Part shown: piece by piece, positions 1 through 9,566 of the stretch
How the letters are laid out: each line of letters opens with the position of its first letter
Numbering within the stretch: the stretch's first letter is position 1
NCBI GenBank assembly: GCA_046758745.1
Contig: JBHIAV010000010.1
Coordinates: 1-64,000, forward strand
DNA length: 64,000 nt
Reading direction: 5' to 3'
Origin: Gemmatimonadota bacterium
GTDB taxonomy: Bacteria; Gemmatimonadota; Gemmatimonadetes; Palauibacterales; Palauibacteraceae
Notes under the pieces: model-generated
Database searches by the model: none
What the model was told of the DNA's origin: nothing
Seen by the model: the letters and a program-made list of their open reading frames with translations, nothing else
Program-made: the position numbers and the translations under genes

Positions 1-1331
1 TCCGTCGTGTCGGTGGGCGCCGCGTCCTGGGCGCCGGTCGTGTCGCCGGGCGCCGTGTACACGAATGTGGTGTCTCCTCCCCCCTCAAGCCCCCGCAGGT
101 TCCGGAAGCCTGTGGAGCGGACCCAGTACCGGCTCGGCCGGAGCGCCTCGCCGAGCTCCACCGTCACCCTCTGGGAGGGTAGCGCCGCCTCTCCGCTCGC
201 CAGGGCACCCCGCCGCCCGCGGTCCTCCGTCGGCTCTCCCCCCCTCTCCCGCCGGTCCTCCGCTCGCACCTCACCCTCCACCTCACCCTCCCCATGCACG
301 TCCCCCTCCACCGGCCCTTCCCGACCCGGAGGGGCCTCCTCCGGCTGCTCTTCCCCCTCCTCGCCCTCCGCACCCGGCGGTCGCGTCGGCTCGCCCACGT
401 AGGCGCGCGCCACCGGCCACAGCCGTCCCGAAACGGAGTCCCGCACCTCCACCGTCGCGCCGGGCGGCTGATCCGCGTCCAGATAGTCGTCGAAGCCGAG
501 CCGGAGGGTGAGGCTGTCCGCAGCCGTTACGGAGAGCATCACGGGCGGTGTAGTGTCCGGTTCGGTCAGCCTCAGCTCGAGGGTCGCGACGCTTGATTCG
601 GACTCGAGGCGCAGCTCCGCGCTGTCGTGCGGCTCAAAGACTCGATCGAGGCGCAGGTTCCTGTTGCGATCGACGAAGCCGAACGCCAGGTAGGCGCCGG
701 GGGGCAAAGAGGGCAAGCTGAAACGACCTCCCGTGTCGCTGACTGCCGTATAGGGAACCGAGTCGTCCGTCAGGAAGAGCACCCGTCCCTCTCGCACCCC
801 CCTACCCGTCACCCGATCCGTCAGTCTTCCTTCGGCGCGGGTTGCCGGTACCGGCGGGCCGGTGGAGAAGAGGAGCTCGATCGGGTCCTCCGTCCGGTTC
901 CCGAGCAGATCCCGAACGCCGGCCGGGATCCGCACGAAGTAGACGACGCCATCGCGCCACCCATCGGCCGGCCGGAGTCCGATCTGCGAACGGCCCGGAT
1001 CGAATCGGTACCTGTACGCGGGCGAGGCGAAGATCTGTCGCTCCAAGCCACGCGCGTTCGAGATCGGCTCGTCGAACCGGACGCGCGCGCGACCGGAGAA
1101 CCCCGGCACGACCGCTCCGGGCTCTGGTTCGATCTCCACCACGCGCGGAGGGATGAAGTCCGGGCCGCTGCCCGGTGGCGGTTCCTCCCTCGCACACCCG
1201 ACCGCCAAGAGTGCCGTGGCGACGAGTACCGAGAGAGCGATTCGGCTGCTGGCGCTCGCGGCGCGGCGTCGGGGGAGCGAAGCGCTATCCCACGGGGCCG
1301 AAGGCGGCCCTCTTCTCCAGCAGACGCGAAT
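1..1331 (-). CDS. Ig-like (Big_5-type) domain lipoprotein; 3' end runs off the window; start uncertain
   Basis: Absent from the ORF track because it has no stop in the window. Manual translation is open from about 1331 to base 1: RIALSVLVATALLAVG-C-AREEPPPGSGPDFIPPRVV...VRFDEPI...GVRDLLGNRTEDPIELLFSTG...AYLAFGFVDRNRNLRLD. Lipobox Cys codon at 1194-1196. No ATG/GTG upstream of the signal peptide; 1331 is an ATT behind GGAGG. Confidence 0.75.
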   Translation of the reverse strand, partial: MRVCWRRGPPSAPWDSASLPRRRAASASSRIALSVLVATALLAVGCAREEPPPGSGPDFIPPRVVEIEPEPGAVVPGFSGRARVRFDEPISNARGLERQIFASPAYRYRFDPGRSQIGLRPADGWRDGVVYFVRIPAGVRDLLGNRTEDPIELLFSTGPPVPATRAEGRLTDRVTGRGVREGRVLFLTDDSVPYTAVSDTGGRFSLPSLPPGAYLAFGFVDRNRNLRLDRVFEPHDSAELRLESESSVATLELRLTEPDTTPPVMLSVTAADSLTLRLGFDDYLDADQPPGATVEVRDSVSGRLWPVARAYVGEPTRPPGAEGEEGEEQPEEAPPGREGPVEGDVHGEGEVEGEVRAEDRRERGGEPTEDRGRRGALASGEAALPSQRVTVELGEALRPSRYWVRSTGFRNLRGLEGGGDTTFVYTAPGDTTGAQDAAPTDTT

Positions 1332-3981
1332 GCCGCTCCTCCAAAGATCTTCGCTTCTCCCGCTCCCGCTCCACGACCTCGGCCGGCGCGCGCTCCAGGA
1401 ATTGGGAACTCTGCAGCCTGTTGCCGCTCTCAGCCAGCAGCTCCGCGACCCGTCGGAGTTCTTCCTCGAGGCGCTTGCGCTCCCGCTCGACGTCCACGAG
1501 ATCCCGGAGCGGGATGAAGAGCGTCGTGCCCGACCGCAGCACGCTGTGTGCACCCGGCTCTCCCCGGACACGGGAGCTGTCGCGCGAGACCGACGACACC
1601 CGAGCGAGGAGGCGCAAGCCCCTCTCCTCGGCGTCCAGGGCGGCGGCCAGCCCGTCCGAGACGGCCCCGAGGACCACGGGGACCTCACGGCCGGGATCGA
1701 TGTGGTACTCGGCCCGGACGAGCCGCACCGCCCCGATCAGCTCCTGCAGCTCCTCGAGGGACCGCTCCGCCTCCTCATCGCGCCACTCCGCCCATGGTCT
1801 GGGCCACGGTCCGCGGACCAGGGTAAACCCCGCGGGCCGTCCGGGAAGGCTGCACGCCAGCTCCTCGGTGATGAACGGCATCATCGGGTGGAGCAGGCGG
1901 AGCCAGCCATCGACCACCCGCGCCAGAGTGGCGCTCGCCGCAGCTCGGCTCTCCTCACCTCGCTCCCCGCGCAGGCGCGGCTTCACCAGCTCCAGGTACC
2001 AGTCGCAGAACTCGCTCCACACGAACTGATAGCCCTCGCCCGCCGCCTCGTGCAGGCGGAAACGATCAAGGGCCTCGCTGATCGTGGAGACCGCACGGGC
2101 GAAGCGCGACAGGATCCACCGATCCGCCAGCTCCAGTCGGCGGTCGAACGGAGAACCTTCCAGGTCGGCGGCCGACAGGTATGGGAGGGCGAAGCGAACG
2201 GCGTTCCACACCTTGTTCGTGAAGTTGCGACCGGCCCGGAAGGTCGCCTCGAGGTCCTCGTGGTCCAGTTGGAGGTCGGTCCCCAGGCTCGCTCCACTCA
2301 CCAGGGTGAACCGCATCGCGTCGGCCCCGAATCGCTCCACCACCTCCAGCGGATCGATTCCGTTCCCGAGCGACTTGGACATCCGGCGACCGTACTTGTC
2401 GCGCACAGTGCCGTTCAGGAGCACGTCCGTGAACGGGAGCTCGCCCATGAACTCAAGCCCCGCCATCACCATCCGCGCGACCCAGAAGAAGAGGATCTCG
2501 GGAGCCGTGACGAGGGTGTTCGTGGGATAGAAGACTTTCAGGTCGTTCGTTCCCTCCGGCCACCCGAGGGTGCTGAACGGCCACAGCCAGGCGCTGAACC
2601 AGGTGTCCAGTACGTCCGGATCCTGCTCCACCGGGCCTCCACACCGACCGCACTCGGTGGGGTCTTCCCGCGCGACCAGGATCTCGCCGCACCCTTCCTT
2701 TCGACAGTACCATACGGGGATCCGGTGTCCCCACCAGATCTGCCGGCTGATGCACCAGTCGCGCACCGTCTCCATCCACTGTCGGTACGTGTGGCCGAAC
2801 CGCTCGGGATGGAAGCGGAGCCGGCCCGACAGGTATGCCTCGAGGGCGGGCTCGGCCAGCGGCCGCATGCGCACGAACCACTGGAGGCTGAGCCGCGGTT
2901 CGACCAACGTGTCGCACCGGTAGCAGTGGCCGACCGCATGTGTGTACGGCTCGACTCCCTCCAGCAGCCCGGCCCGCTCGAGGTCGCGCACCACCCGAGC
3001 CCGAGCCTCGAACCGGCCGAGGCCGCGGTAGGGCTCGGGTGCGGCATCGCTCATCGTCGCGTCCGGGTTCATGACGTCGATGCTCGGAAGGCCATGCCGA
3101 CGCCCGATCTCGAAGTCGTTCGGGTCGTGGGCGGGGGTGACCTTCACCAGACCGCTGCCGAACTCGGGATCGACGACCTCGTCGGCGATAATCGGAATCC
3201 GCCTCCCAGTCAGCGGCAGCTCCGCCTCGAGTCCCACCAGCTCTCGATGGCGCGCATCACCCGGGTGTGCCGCCACCGCCGTATCCCCCAGCATCGTTTC
3301 CGGCCGGGTCGTCGCGACCACCAGGTGCTGCCCGTTCCGGTCGGCGAGCGGATACCGGATCCTGTACAGCTGGCCGGCCACCTCCCGGTGCACCGCCTCC
3401 TCATTCGCGAGCGCCGTGCCGCAGCGAGGGCACCAGTTGATGATGTAGCGGCCCCGGTAAACGAGGCCTTTCTCGTACAGCCGGACGAACACCTCGCGCA
3501 CGGCGCGCGACAGCCCCTCGTCGAGTGTGAAGCGGGTGCGCGTCCAGTCGCACGAGCATCCGATGACTCTCAGCTGCTCGATGATCCGGCCACCGTACTC
3601 GTCCACCCAAGCCCACACGCGCCGCACGAACTCCTCGCGACCCAGATCGTGCCGCGCCATGCCCTCCTCGGCCAGCTTCCGTTCCACGACGTTCTGCGTC
3701 GCGATCCCCGCGTGGTCCGTCCCGGGAATCCACAGGGCGTCATCCCCCATCATGCGACGGTGCCGGATGAGCACGTCCTGGATCGTGTTGTTCAGGCCGT
3801 GGCCCATGTGAAGCGCGGCGGTCACATTGGGCGGTGGGATCGCTATGACGTAGGGCCTTCCGGCCTCCCTGGCGTCGACGTGGAAGTAGCCGGCCTCCTC
3901 CCAGTGGGCATACAGCCGCGGCTCGATCCCCGACGGATCGTATCGGCTGCTCAGCTCGGAGGTTGTCGCTGTATCCCTCAT
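1285..3981 (-). CDS. valS: Valine--tRNA ligase
   Basis: PPPNVT-LHMGH (HIGH), GTDHAGIATQ, ATTRPET, DWCISRQIWWGH, DVLDTWFS, RMSKS (KMSKS), C-terminal coiled coil. Start trimmed to ATG 3981 (MRDTATT). Confidence 0.97.
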   Translation of the reverse strand: MRDTATTSELSSRYDPSGIEPRLYAHWEEAGYFHVDAREAGRPYVIAIPPPNVTAALHMGHGLNNTIQDVLIRHRRMMGDDALWIPGTDHAGIATQNVVERKLAEEGMARHDLGREEFVRRVWAWVDEYGGRIIEQLRVIGCSCDWTRTRFTLDEGLSRAVREVFVRLYEKGLVYRGRYIINWCPRCGTALANEEAVHREVAGQLYRIRYPLADRNGQHLVVATTRPETMLGDTAVAAHPGDARHRELVGLEAELPLTGRRIPIIADEVVDPEFGSGLVKVTPAHDPNDFEIGRRHGLPSIDVMNPDATMSDAAPEPYRGLGRFEARARVVRDLERAGLLEGVEPYTHAVGHCYRCDTLVEPRLSLQWFVRMRPLAEPALEAYLSGRLRFHPERFGHTYRQWMETVRDWCISRQIWWGHRIPVWYCRKEGCGEILVAREDPTECGRCGGPVEQDPDVLDTWFSAWLWPFSTLGWPEGTNDLKVFYPTNTLVTAPEILFFWVARMVMAGLEFMGELPFTDVLLNGTVRDKYGRRMSKSLGNGIDPLEVVERFGADAMRFTLVSGASLGTDLQLDHEDLEATFRAGRNFTNKVWNAVRFALPYLSAADLEGSPFDRRLELADRWILSRFARAVSTISEALDRFRLHEAAGEGYQFVWSEFCDWYLELVKPRLRGERGEESRAAASATLARVVDGWLRLLHPMMPFITEELACSLPGRPAGFTLVRGPWPRPWAEWRDEEAERSLEELQELIGAVRLVRAEYHIDPGREVPVVLGAVSDGLAAALDAEERGLRLLARVSSVSRDSSRVRGEPGAHSVLRSGTTLFIPLRDLVDVERERKRLEEELRRVAELLAESGNRLQSSQFLERAPAEVVEREREKRRSLEERHSRLLEKRAAFGPVG

Positions 3982-4032
3982 CCCGGAACGAAGCTTCGAG
4001 GTTGGCGCCCGGCCGAAGTCGTGCTTGAGCGG

Positions 4033-4062
4033 AGTGTAACGTAGCGGCGAGCCGAGCGGCAA
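4033..4062 (-). promoter_or_regulatory. Putative sigma-70 promoter for valS
   Basis: Minus strand TTGCCG-18 nt-TACACT, about 50 nt upstream of the valS ATG. Confidence 0.5.
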
Positions 4063-4198
4063 CGGAGCGCGGCGGTCAGCGGTGCCTCCGGGAAAGCGCC
4101 CTGTATGGGGTGCGAGCGATCCCTCCAGCCCGCGACGGCGACGCACCGGGCGGCGAGAGCTCGCCCGCTACCCCGGGGGAACGCTACCCCGACCCACG

Positions 4199-5080
4199 TC
4201 AGTCGGGCACCAACGCCGGCGTGGTGTCCGCCCGCTCGGCTTCGGTCTCTTCGCGACGCTGCACCTCCTCGCGGGAGCGGCGCCGCATCTCCTGCACTCG
4301 TTCGCGGCGCACCGCTTCGGCGTCCTGGAGCATGTCCTGTTGACGAATCTGCTCCACGTCGCGCTGCTGCTGCCGTGCCTCTCGGCCGCGCGGCCCTTCC
4401 TCCGCGAAGAGCTGCCCGAGGCTGATCGGGATCGTGATCCCCCCGAGGCGGATCCCCTCCGGCGTGATCCCCCACTGCTGATCTCCTTCGCCGGCCAGCC
4501 ACTCCACGGCCGCTCTCCGCTCCTCCGCCGAGAGGCTATCCAGCATCGCCGCCACGATGGCTCTCACGGCGCTGTCCGCCCGACTGAACCCCAGCCGACG
4601 CTCGGGAAGGGCCCGCTCGGAGAAATCCTTCCATAGCCGCGGGTCGCCCTCGCGCGGCTGGAGCTTCTCGGCATTCGTCAGCCGGCCGGCCTCGCCGCCC
4701 TCCAGCGGAGCCGGCCCTTCCACGACGGGCCGCCGCGGTACGGTAGGAAGCGCGCGGGGCCGCCGCTCCCGCGGCGTCCGCCGCTCGGGCTCCGGCTCGA
4801 CGGTGACCTCGCGGTACTGGATCACTCGAAGCCCCTGCGGCGGGCGGGGGAGCGGGCGCTCCACCGGCACGTAGGCGGAGCCCGTGATCTCAAACGTGCG
4901 AGCGAGGAAGAGCAGCGCCACCAGATGGAAGAGCGCGGAGGCTACCATGCCGAGCCGGACCGCCCCGAGGTAGGCGCGGTTGCGCTTCTCCCGAGCGTCC
5001 GTCACCGCGATAACCGGTCGCCGCGGCGACGGCGGCGCGGCACGATCACTCGAGGGCGGGCTGGCGATCACCGGCGGCAT
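4199..5080 (-). CDS. Membrane-anchored hypothetical protein with TonB/TolA-like TM anchor and Pro-rich linker
   Basis: Single TM helix MVASALFHLVALLFLA (S-x3-H), Pro/Glu/Arg-rich linker, WGITPEGIRLGGITIP segment, charged helical C-terminus. Start uncertain. Confidence 0.7.
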   Translation of the reverse strand: MPPVIASPPSSDRAAPPSPRRPVIAVTDAREKRNRAYLGAVRLGMVASALFHLVALLFLARTFEITGSAYVPVERPLPRPPQGLRVIQYREVTVEPEPERRTPRERRPRALPTVPRRPVVEGPAPLEGGEAGRLTNAEKLQPREGDPRLWKDFSERALPERRLGFSRADSAVRAIVAAMLDSLSAEERRAAVEWLAGEGDQQWGITPEGIRLGGITIPISLGQLFAEEGPRGREARQQQRDVEQIRQQDMLQDAEAVRRERVQEMRRRSREEVQRREETEAERADTTPALVPD

Positions 5081-5164
5081 GGCATCACACCCCGCGCGCC
5101 GCGGCGAAGCGCGGGCAGGTCTTCCTCTGGAGGCCCGGGTTCGGGGCACGGTCGAGGGGCGACC

Positions 5165-6367
5165 TCATAGGGCGCTCGCGATCCGGTCCGCTGCCTCTTC
5201 GTAGCGATCCGGCGGCAGGGTGAGCGCCGCCCGCACGTATCCTTCCCCCCCGCGCCCCATGGCGGACCCCGGCATGAGCACCACCCCCGCCCGCTCCAAC
5301 ACACGCCGGCAAAAGTCCTCCGCCGTGTCGGGCGTTGGGACCAGGATCCACAGGTAGAGCGTGGCGCGCGGCACGTCGACGTCGAGGCCGATCCGGCTCA
5401 GTGCCGTCATGGCCGCGTCACGCCGCTCGCGGAGCCGCTCGACATTCCGCGGGATGAAGCGCGCTGCGGCTCTCAGCACCGCCACGCCCGCCGCCTGGAT
5501 CGGAAGGTACGTGCCCGTGTCGAAGAACGTCTTTATGCGGGTCAACGCGCGAACGATCGCCTCGCTCCCGCACATCCACCCGAGACGCCACCCGGTCATG
5601 TTGTACGTCTTGGAGAAGGAGTGGAACTCCACCCCTATCTCTCGCCCGCCCTCGACCTCGAGCAGACCGGGCGGGCGAAAGCCATCGAAGGCGATCTCCG
5701 AGTACGCGTTGTCGTACACGAGGATGGCTCCCCGGTCGCGGCACGCTGCGACCACGTCGGCCAGGTAGGGAGCGTCGGCCACCGCGGTCGTCGGGTTGTT
5801 CGGATAGTTCAGATAGACGAGTCGAAGCCGCCCGGGCGCCGAGCGGATCACCTCGGGCGGGACGAGGAATCCGTCCTCCCGCCGGAGGGGAACCCGCACC
5901 ACTTCCGCGCCTGCGAGGAGACTGCCGCCGAAGTAGGCCGCGTAGCACGGATCGGGAACCAGGGCGGTGTCTCCAGGGTCGAGGGCCGCGAAGGCGAGGT
6001 GGGCAATTCCCTCCTTGGAGCCGATGAGGGGGAGAAGCTCCCGCTCCGCATCGACCCGCACTCCGAACCGCTCCTCCATCCACTCGCTCACGGCGGTCCG
6101 GAAGGCGGGCAGCCCGCGCTGGAATCCGTACCTCTGAAGAGATGGATCGGCAGCCGCGCGCGCCAGTTCCTCCACCGCCACCTCCGGCACCGGCAGACCG
6201 GGGTCCCCCACGCCGAGGTCGAGGACGGAGCGGCCCTCCGCGAGCAGGCGTGCCTTGACCCGTGGGATGTGGGCCAGCGGGTAGGAGGGGAAGGCGCGGA
6301 TCCGCCGGGGTGGCTCGAATCCGACCGTGGTCCGGGCATCAGGGATATCCATGGGCGTGGAATTCAT
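5165..6367 (-). CDS. PLP-dependent aminotransferase class I/II (LL-diaminopimelate aminotransferase-like)
   Basis: DLGVGDP, LIGSKEGIAH, LNYPNNPT, DNAYSEI, PLP-lysine motif HSFSKTYNMTGWRLG, GEGYVR. Substrate not assignable from sequence. Confidence 0.9.
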   Translation of the reverse strand: MNSTPMDIPDARTTVGFEPPRRIRAFPSYPLAHIPRVKARLLAEGRSVLDLGVGDPGLPVPEVAVEELARAAADPSLQRYGFQRGLPAFRTAVSEWMEERFGVRVDAERELLPLIGSKEGIAHLAFAALDPGDTALVPDPCYAAYFGGSLLAGAEVVRVPLRREDGFLVPPEVIRSAPGRLRLVYLNYPNNPTTAVADAPYLADVVAACRDRGAILVYDNAYSEIAFDGFRPPGLLEVEGGREIGVEFHSFSKTYNMTGWRLGWMCGSEAIVRALTRIKTFFDTGTYLPIQAAGVAVLRAAARFIPRNVERLRERRDAAMTALSRIGLDVDVPRATLYLWILVPTPDTAEDFCRRVLERAGVVLMPGSAMGRGGEGYVRAALTLPPDRYEEAADRIASAL

Positions 6368-7638
6368 GTTTTCAAGGCCTTCTTCCTCGCCGCGGGATAC
6401 AGGACGTTGTTCAGTATCAGACGATACCCCGGAGAGTGGCGGTGGAGCGCGAGATCGGTCGGCGGGTCTCCTATGAGGTGCTGCGGATCCTCGGGATCGT
6501 GCCCTCCAAGGAACGTGAAGCTTCCTTCGCCGAAGCTGCCGTGCAAGTATTTTACCAGGGGCGTGCCGGGCTCGTCCGCCAGGACGGTCACCCTGCCCTT
6601 CAGCCTCTCCCGCACGAAGCTCGTGGTGAGCCCATAGAAGTCAGGAACGACGCGCTCGTGGGACTGAGTCAGCATCGACGGCACGGGATCGATTTTGGCG
6701 CTGAAATCGAACAGGGAGAAGCTCCCCAGCGGGCGGCGCCACGGAGTGTTCACTTGGTGACCGTCGATGTCGCTGAACGCGCTCACCGCCGGATCCGCCA
6801 CCAGGGTGGCGCCGGTAAAGGCGAGGGCCAGAGGCCACTCGAGCCGAGCCGCCGCGTCCGGTGCGGGCGGGCTGCCATCGGCGAAGGAGGCCGCGATGTC
6901 CACATCGCGTGCCGCCAGAGCCAGATCGAGAGTCTCCGTCGCCGTGCACATGGAGAAGAGCAGCCCTCCGGCACGCACGTAGTCCCGCAGCCGCCAGGCC
7001 ACCTCCTTCTTGAGCCCCGGTACGTCCGGGAAACCGAACTCCTCCGCCACCGCGCTGTTTCGGGCAACCTCGTCTTGCAGCCAATCCGAGCCGGCGTAGG
7101 CGATGTAGAACTTCGAGTACTGACCCGTGAAGTCCTCGTGGTGCAGGTGCACCCAGTCGTATTCGGCCAGGCGACCGCCCAGCACCTCCGGGTCCCAGAT
7201 ACGATCGTACGGGATCTCCGCGTACTGGAGAGCCAGGGTCACGGCGTCGTCCCACGGGGAGCTGTTCGGCGGCGTGTACACCGCGATGCGCGGCGCCTTC
7301 TCGAGCGGCACCGCTTCCATGTTCGAGGCCTCGATCTCGGCGCGGAGCAAGGCAACCTCTTCGCCGCCCAGAGGCTCGATCGTGACCCCCATGAGGGCCG
7401 CGCGTTGCCGCACCGATCGGGTGTCCGGGAGGAGGAAAGAGCCGGCCCGGTAGTTCAGCAACCACTCGGCGCGCTCGCCAGCCGCGATCGCGGCGTAGGC
7501 GAGCCCGTACGCCTTCAGGTGATTCTCCTGCGCTCCGTCCATCGGGACGAGGAGGTTCTGCGCCCGCGCCGGGCTGGCGGCGGCCAAAACGGCGAGCAGC
7601 GCGCTCGTGGCGAGTCCTCGCGTCCCGCTCACCGTCAC
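6364..7638 (-). CDS. Secreted conserved protein, class I glutamine-amidotransferase-like (family often labelled 'asparagine synthetase B')
   Basis: Signal peptide ending ARA-Q; motifs QENHLKAYG, WDDAVTLALQYAEIPY, HLHHEDFTGQY, FSMCTATE, GGHDPED, SPGYRLILNNVL. Lacks AsnB Ntn N-terminal Cys and ATP-pyrophosphatase motif. Confidence 0.75.
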   Translation of the reverse strand: MTVSGTRGLATSALLAVLAAASPARAQNLLVPMDGAQENHLKAYGLAYAAIAAGERAEWLLNYRAGSFLLPDTRSVRQRAALMGVTIEPLGGEEVALLRAEIEASNMEAVPLEKAPRIAVYTPPNSSPWDDAVTLALQYAEIPYDRIWDPEVLGGRLAEYDWVHLHHEDFTGQYSKFYIAYAGSDWLQDEVARNSAVAEEFGFPDVPGLKKEVAWRLRDYVRAGGLLFSMCTATETLDLALAARDVDIAASFADGSPPAPDAAARLEWPLALAFTGATLVADPAVSAFSDIDGHQVNTPWRRPLGSFSLFDFSAKIDPVPSMLTQSHERVVPDFYGLTTSFVRERLKGRVTVLADEPGTPLVKYLHGSFGEGSFTFLGGHDPEDPQHLIGDPPTDLALHRHSPGYRLILNNVLYPAARKKALKT

Positions 7639-9566
7639 GAGCCGGGCACCTGTCCGTTCAGCTCGGCCAGCAGCCGGCGAGCCACCGGGGTCAGGGCGCT
7701 GGTCGGGTGATCTATGATGAGCCTCTCAAGCCAGCGCCGGGCCTCGCCGGGCCGGGAGGGGACCGCTGACCTCGCCAGAGCCAGGAGTGCAGGCGGAACC
7801 TCCGGAGCCTCCGGGAATTCCTCCACCAGCGCCGTAAGAAGGGAGGCGGCCTCCGCGTGGCGGTCGACTCGTTCGAGCTCGCCGGCCGCCAGCGCGAGCA
7901 GCGCCGGCCGCGCCTTCGATACCGGGAGCCCTCGCCACCCGGAGAGGAGTTTCTCGACCCGGGGGACGCTTCCCGGATCCACCGCCGTGGCCAGGAGAAG
8001 TCGACCGAAGTAGGCGGCCTCGGCCGAGTCCGCCCGCGTCAGCGCGTCCAGAAGGGCGATCGCCTCGGTACGATCCTCCGGCCGCCCGGTCGGGCTGAAG
8101 ACCGCCGTCTCCAGATGGGAGAGCGCCGCGCCCGGCCGCTCCCGATACAGCATGAGCTTCGCACGCTGCCCTGCCAGGAGTGCCGCCGCGACCGCGTCGG
8201 TCGGGGCGGCCGGGCCGAGCCCGAGCGCCCGCTCCGCCGCCGCCAGATCGCCGCGACGCACGTACCCACGGGAGAGCTCGACCGCCATCCGCGCGGCCTC
8301 CAGCTCCTCTTCCGGGTACGAGAGGGCGTATTCCTCCAGGATCCGCTCCGCTCGCGCGGGATCCGTCGCCGCCTGGAGGGAGAAGAGATGACGGGCCGCG
8401 ATCCGGTGGGCTTCCGTGCCGGGATCGGCGCCGGCGATGACCGCTTCGAAGGACGCGCGGGCCGCCGCCGTGTCGCCCACCCGGAGGGTGAGGTCAGCCG
8501 CCATCGCCCGCCAGTGCCGCCGTTCCTCCGCCGTCTCGGCCTCTCTGGCAAGACGGGTAGCAGCCCAGCCAGCGATCGCGGTGTAGCCCAGGTTTCTTGC
8601 CCTGAGGGCGTAGTCGCGGAGGAGTGGGATCCGAGCGTCCGGCGGCGCTCGGCGAGCGAGCCACGCGAGAAGGGTATGTGCCCGCTCGCCCTCACCGAGC
8701 CGAAGAGCGAGGTCGATTCCCGCACGTGCCGCGGTGAACGGCACCCGGGGCTCGAGAAGTCGGAGCCACAGGGCGGTGAGCGCAAGTTCCCGCCCCGGAC
8801 CCCGCTCCTCCAGCCGCCCGGCTACCGTCGCCACCCCGGACTCTCCCCAACCGAGCACCGTGACCCACTCGCCGGCCGCCGCGTCGTACGCCCCCGCCTC
8901 CAAGTACAGCACGGCGAGCTCCTGGGCGAAGACGGTGGGATCGCCGGAACGGGAGCGACCGGCGAGAAGCACATCGATCGCCTCGTCCCGCTTCCCCTGC
9001 CGCCACAAGACCGACGCCAGTTCCGGGTACGCGGTCAGCCGGTCGGGAGCTTCCTCGGCCCAGCGCCGCGCCACTGCCTCCGCCGAGTCCGCCCTTCCCG
9101 CCTCCGAGAGGGCACGCACCCATAGCTGCCGCACTCCCGGGTCGTTCCCCCGACCCGACCCGACGGCCTGCTCCACAAACGGGAGGACGGCCTCCGGCTC
9201 ACCCTGCATGGCCGCGATCTGCATCAACATGACGAGGGCGGGAACCGAGGCCGGCTGCGACTTGAGGAGGTCCTCGACGACGCGCCGGGCTTCGGAGAGG
9301 CGACCGGCGCGCTCCAGCCGTGTTGCCAGGGCAAGCGCCTGGCTCTCCTGCGACGGGCGTGCCGGGATCTGCGCGACGGCGAGCCGTGCGGATCCTCCCA
9401 CGACCAGCGTGGCCGCCAGCAGCAGGGCGCGGGGGAGGAAGGAGAGCCGGTGGGCTTGGCACGCTCGCCGTCGGCCCGTGCGGCGCGCCGGATGCCGGAC
9501 GCCGCCAGACGCGCGCGACGGACCGACCCGAGAGGCTATTACACCCGCCGGCGGCCTACCGTGCAC
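7635..9566 (-). CDS. Tetratricopeptide-repeat protein, probably exported
   Basis: Hydrophobic signal LLLAATLVVGGSARLAVA-Q, repeated Ala/Leu-rich TPR-like helices, C-terminal ARRWLERLIIDHPTS. Start may be further downstream. Confidence 0.8.
   Translation of the reverse strand: MHGRPPAGVIASRVGPSRASGGVRHPARRTGRRRACQAHRLSFLPRALLLAATLVVGGSARLAVAQIPARPSQESQALALATRLERAGRLSEARRVVEDLLKSQPASVPALVMLMQIAAMQGEPEAVLPFVEQAVGSGRGNDPGVRQLWVRALSEAGRADSAEAVARRWAEEAPDRLTAYPELASVLWRQGKRDEAIDVLLAGRSRSGDPTVFAQELAVLYLEAGAYDAAAGEWVTVLGWGESGVATVAGRLEERGPGRELALTALWLRLLEPRVPFTAARAGIDLALRLGEGERAHTLLAWLARRAPPDARIPLLRDYALRARNLGYTAIAGWAATRLAREAETAEERRHWRAMAADLTLRVGDTAAARASFEAVIAGADPGTEAHRIAARHLFSLQAATDPARAERILEEYALSYPEEELEAARMAVELSRGYVRRGDLAAAERALGLGPAAPTDAVAAALLAGQRAKLMLYRERPGAALSHLETAVFSPTGRPEDRTEAIALLDALTRADSAEAAYFGRLLLATAVDPGSVPRVEKLLSGWRGLPVSKARPALLALAAGELERVDRHAEAASLLTALVEEFPEAPEVPPALLALARSAVPSRPGEARRWLERLIIDHPTSALTPVARRLLAELNGQVPGS

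Noticed and set aside
1153..4044. 963-aa ORF antisense to all of valS
   Set aside because: It is in codon register with valS. Antisense stops need TTA/CTA/TCA sense codons, which are rare at this GC content. No recognisable motifs.
3982..4198. Possible T-box riboswitch upstream of valS
   Set aside because: No T-box consensus or U-tailed terminator, and the likely promoter leaves a leader too short for one.
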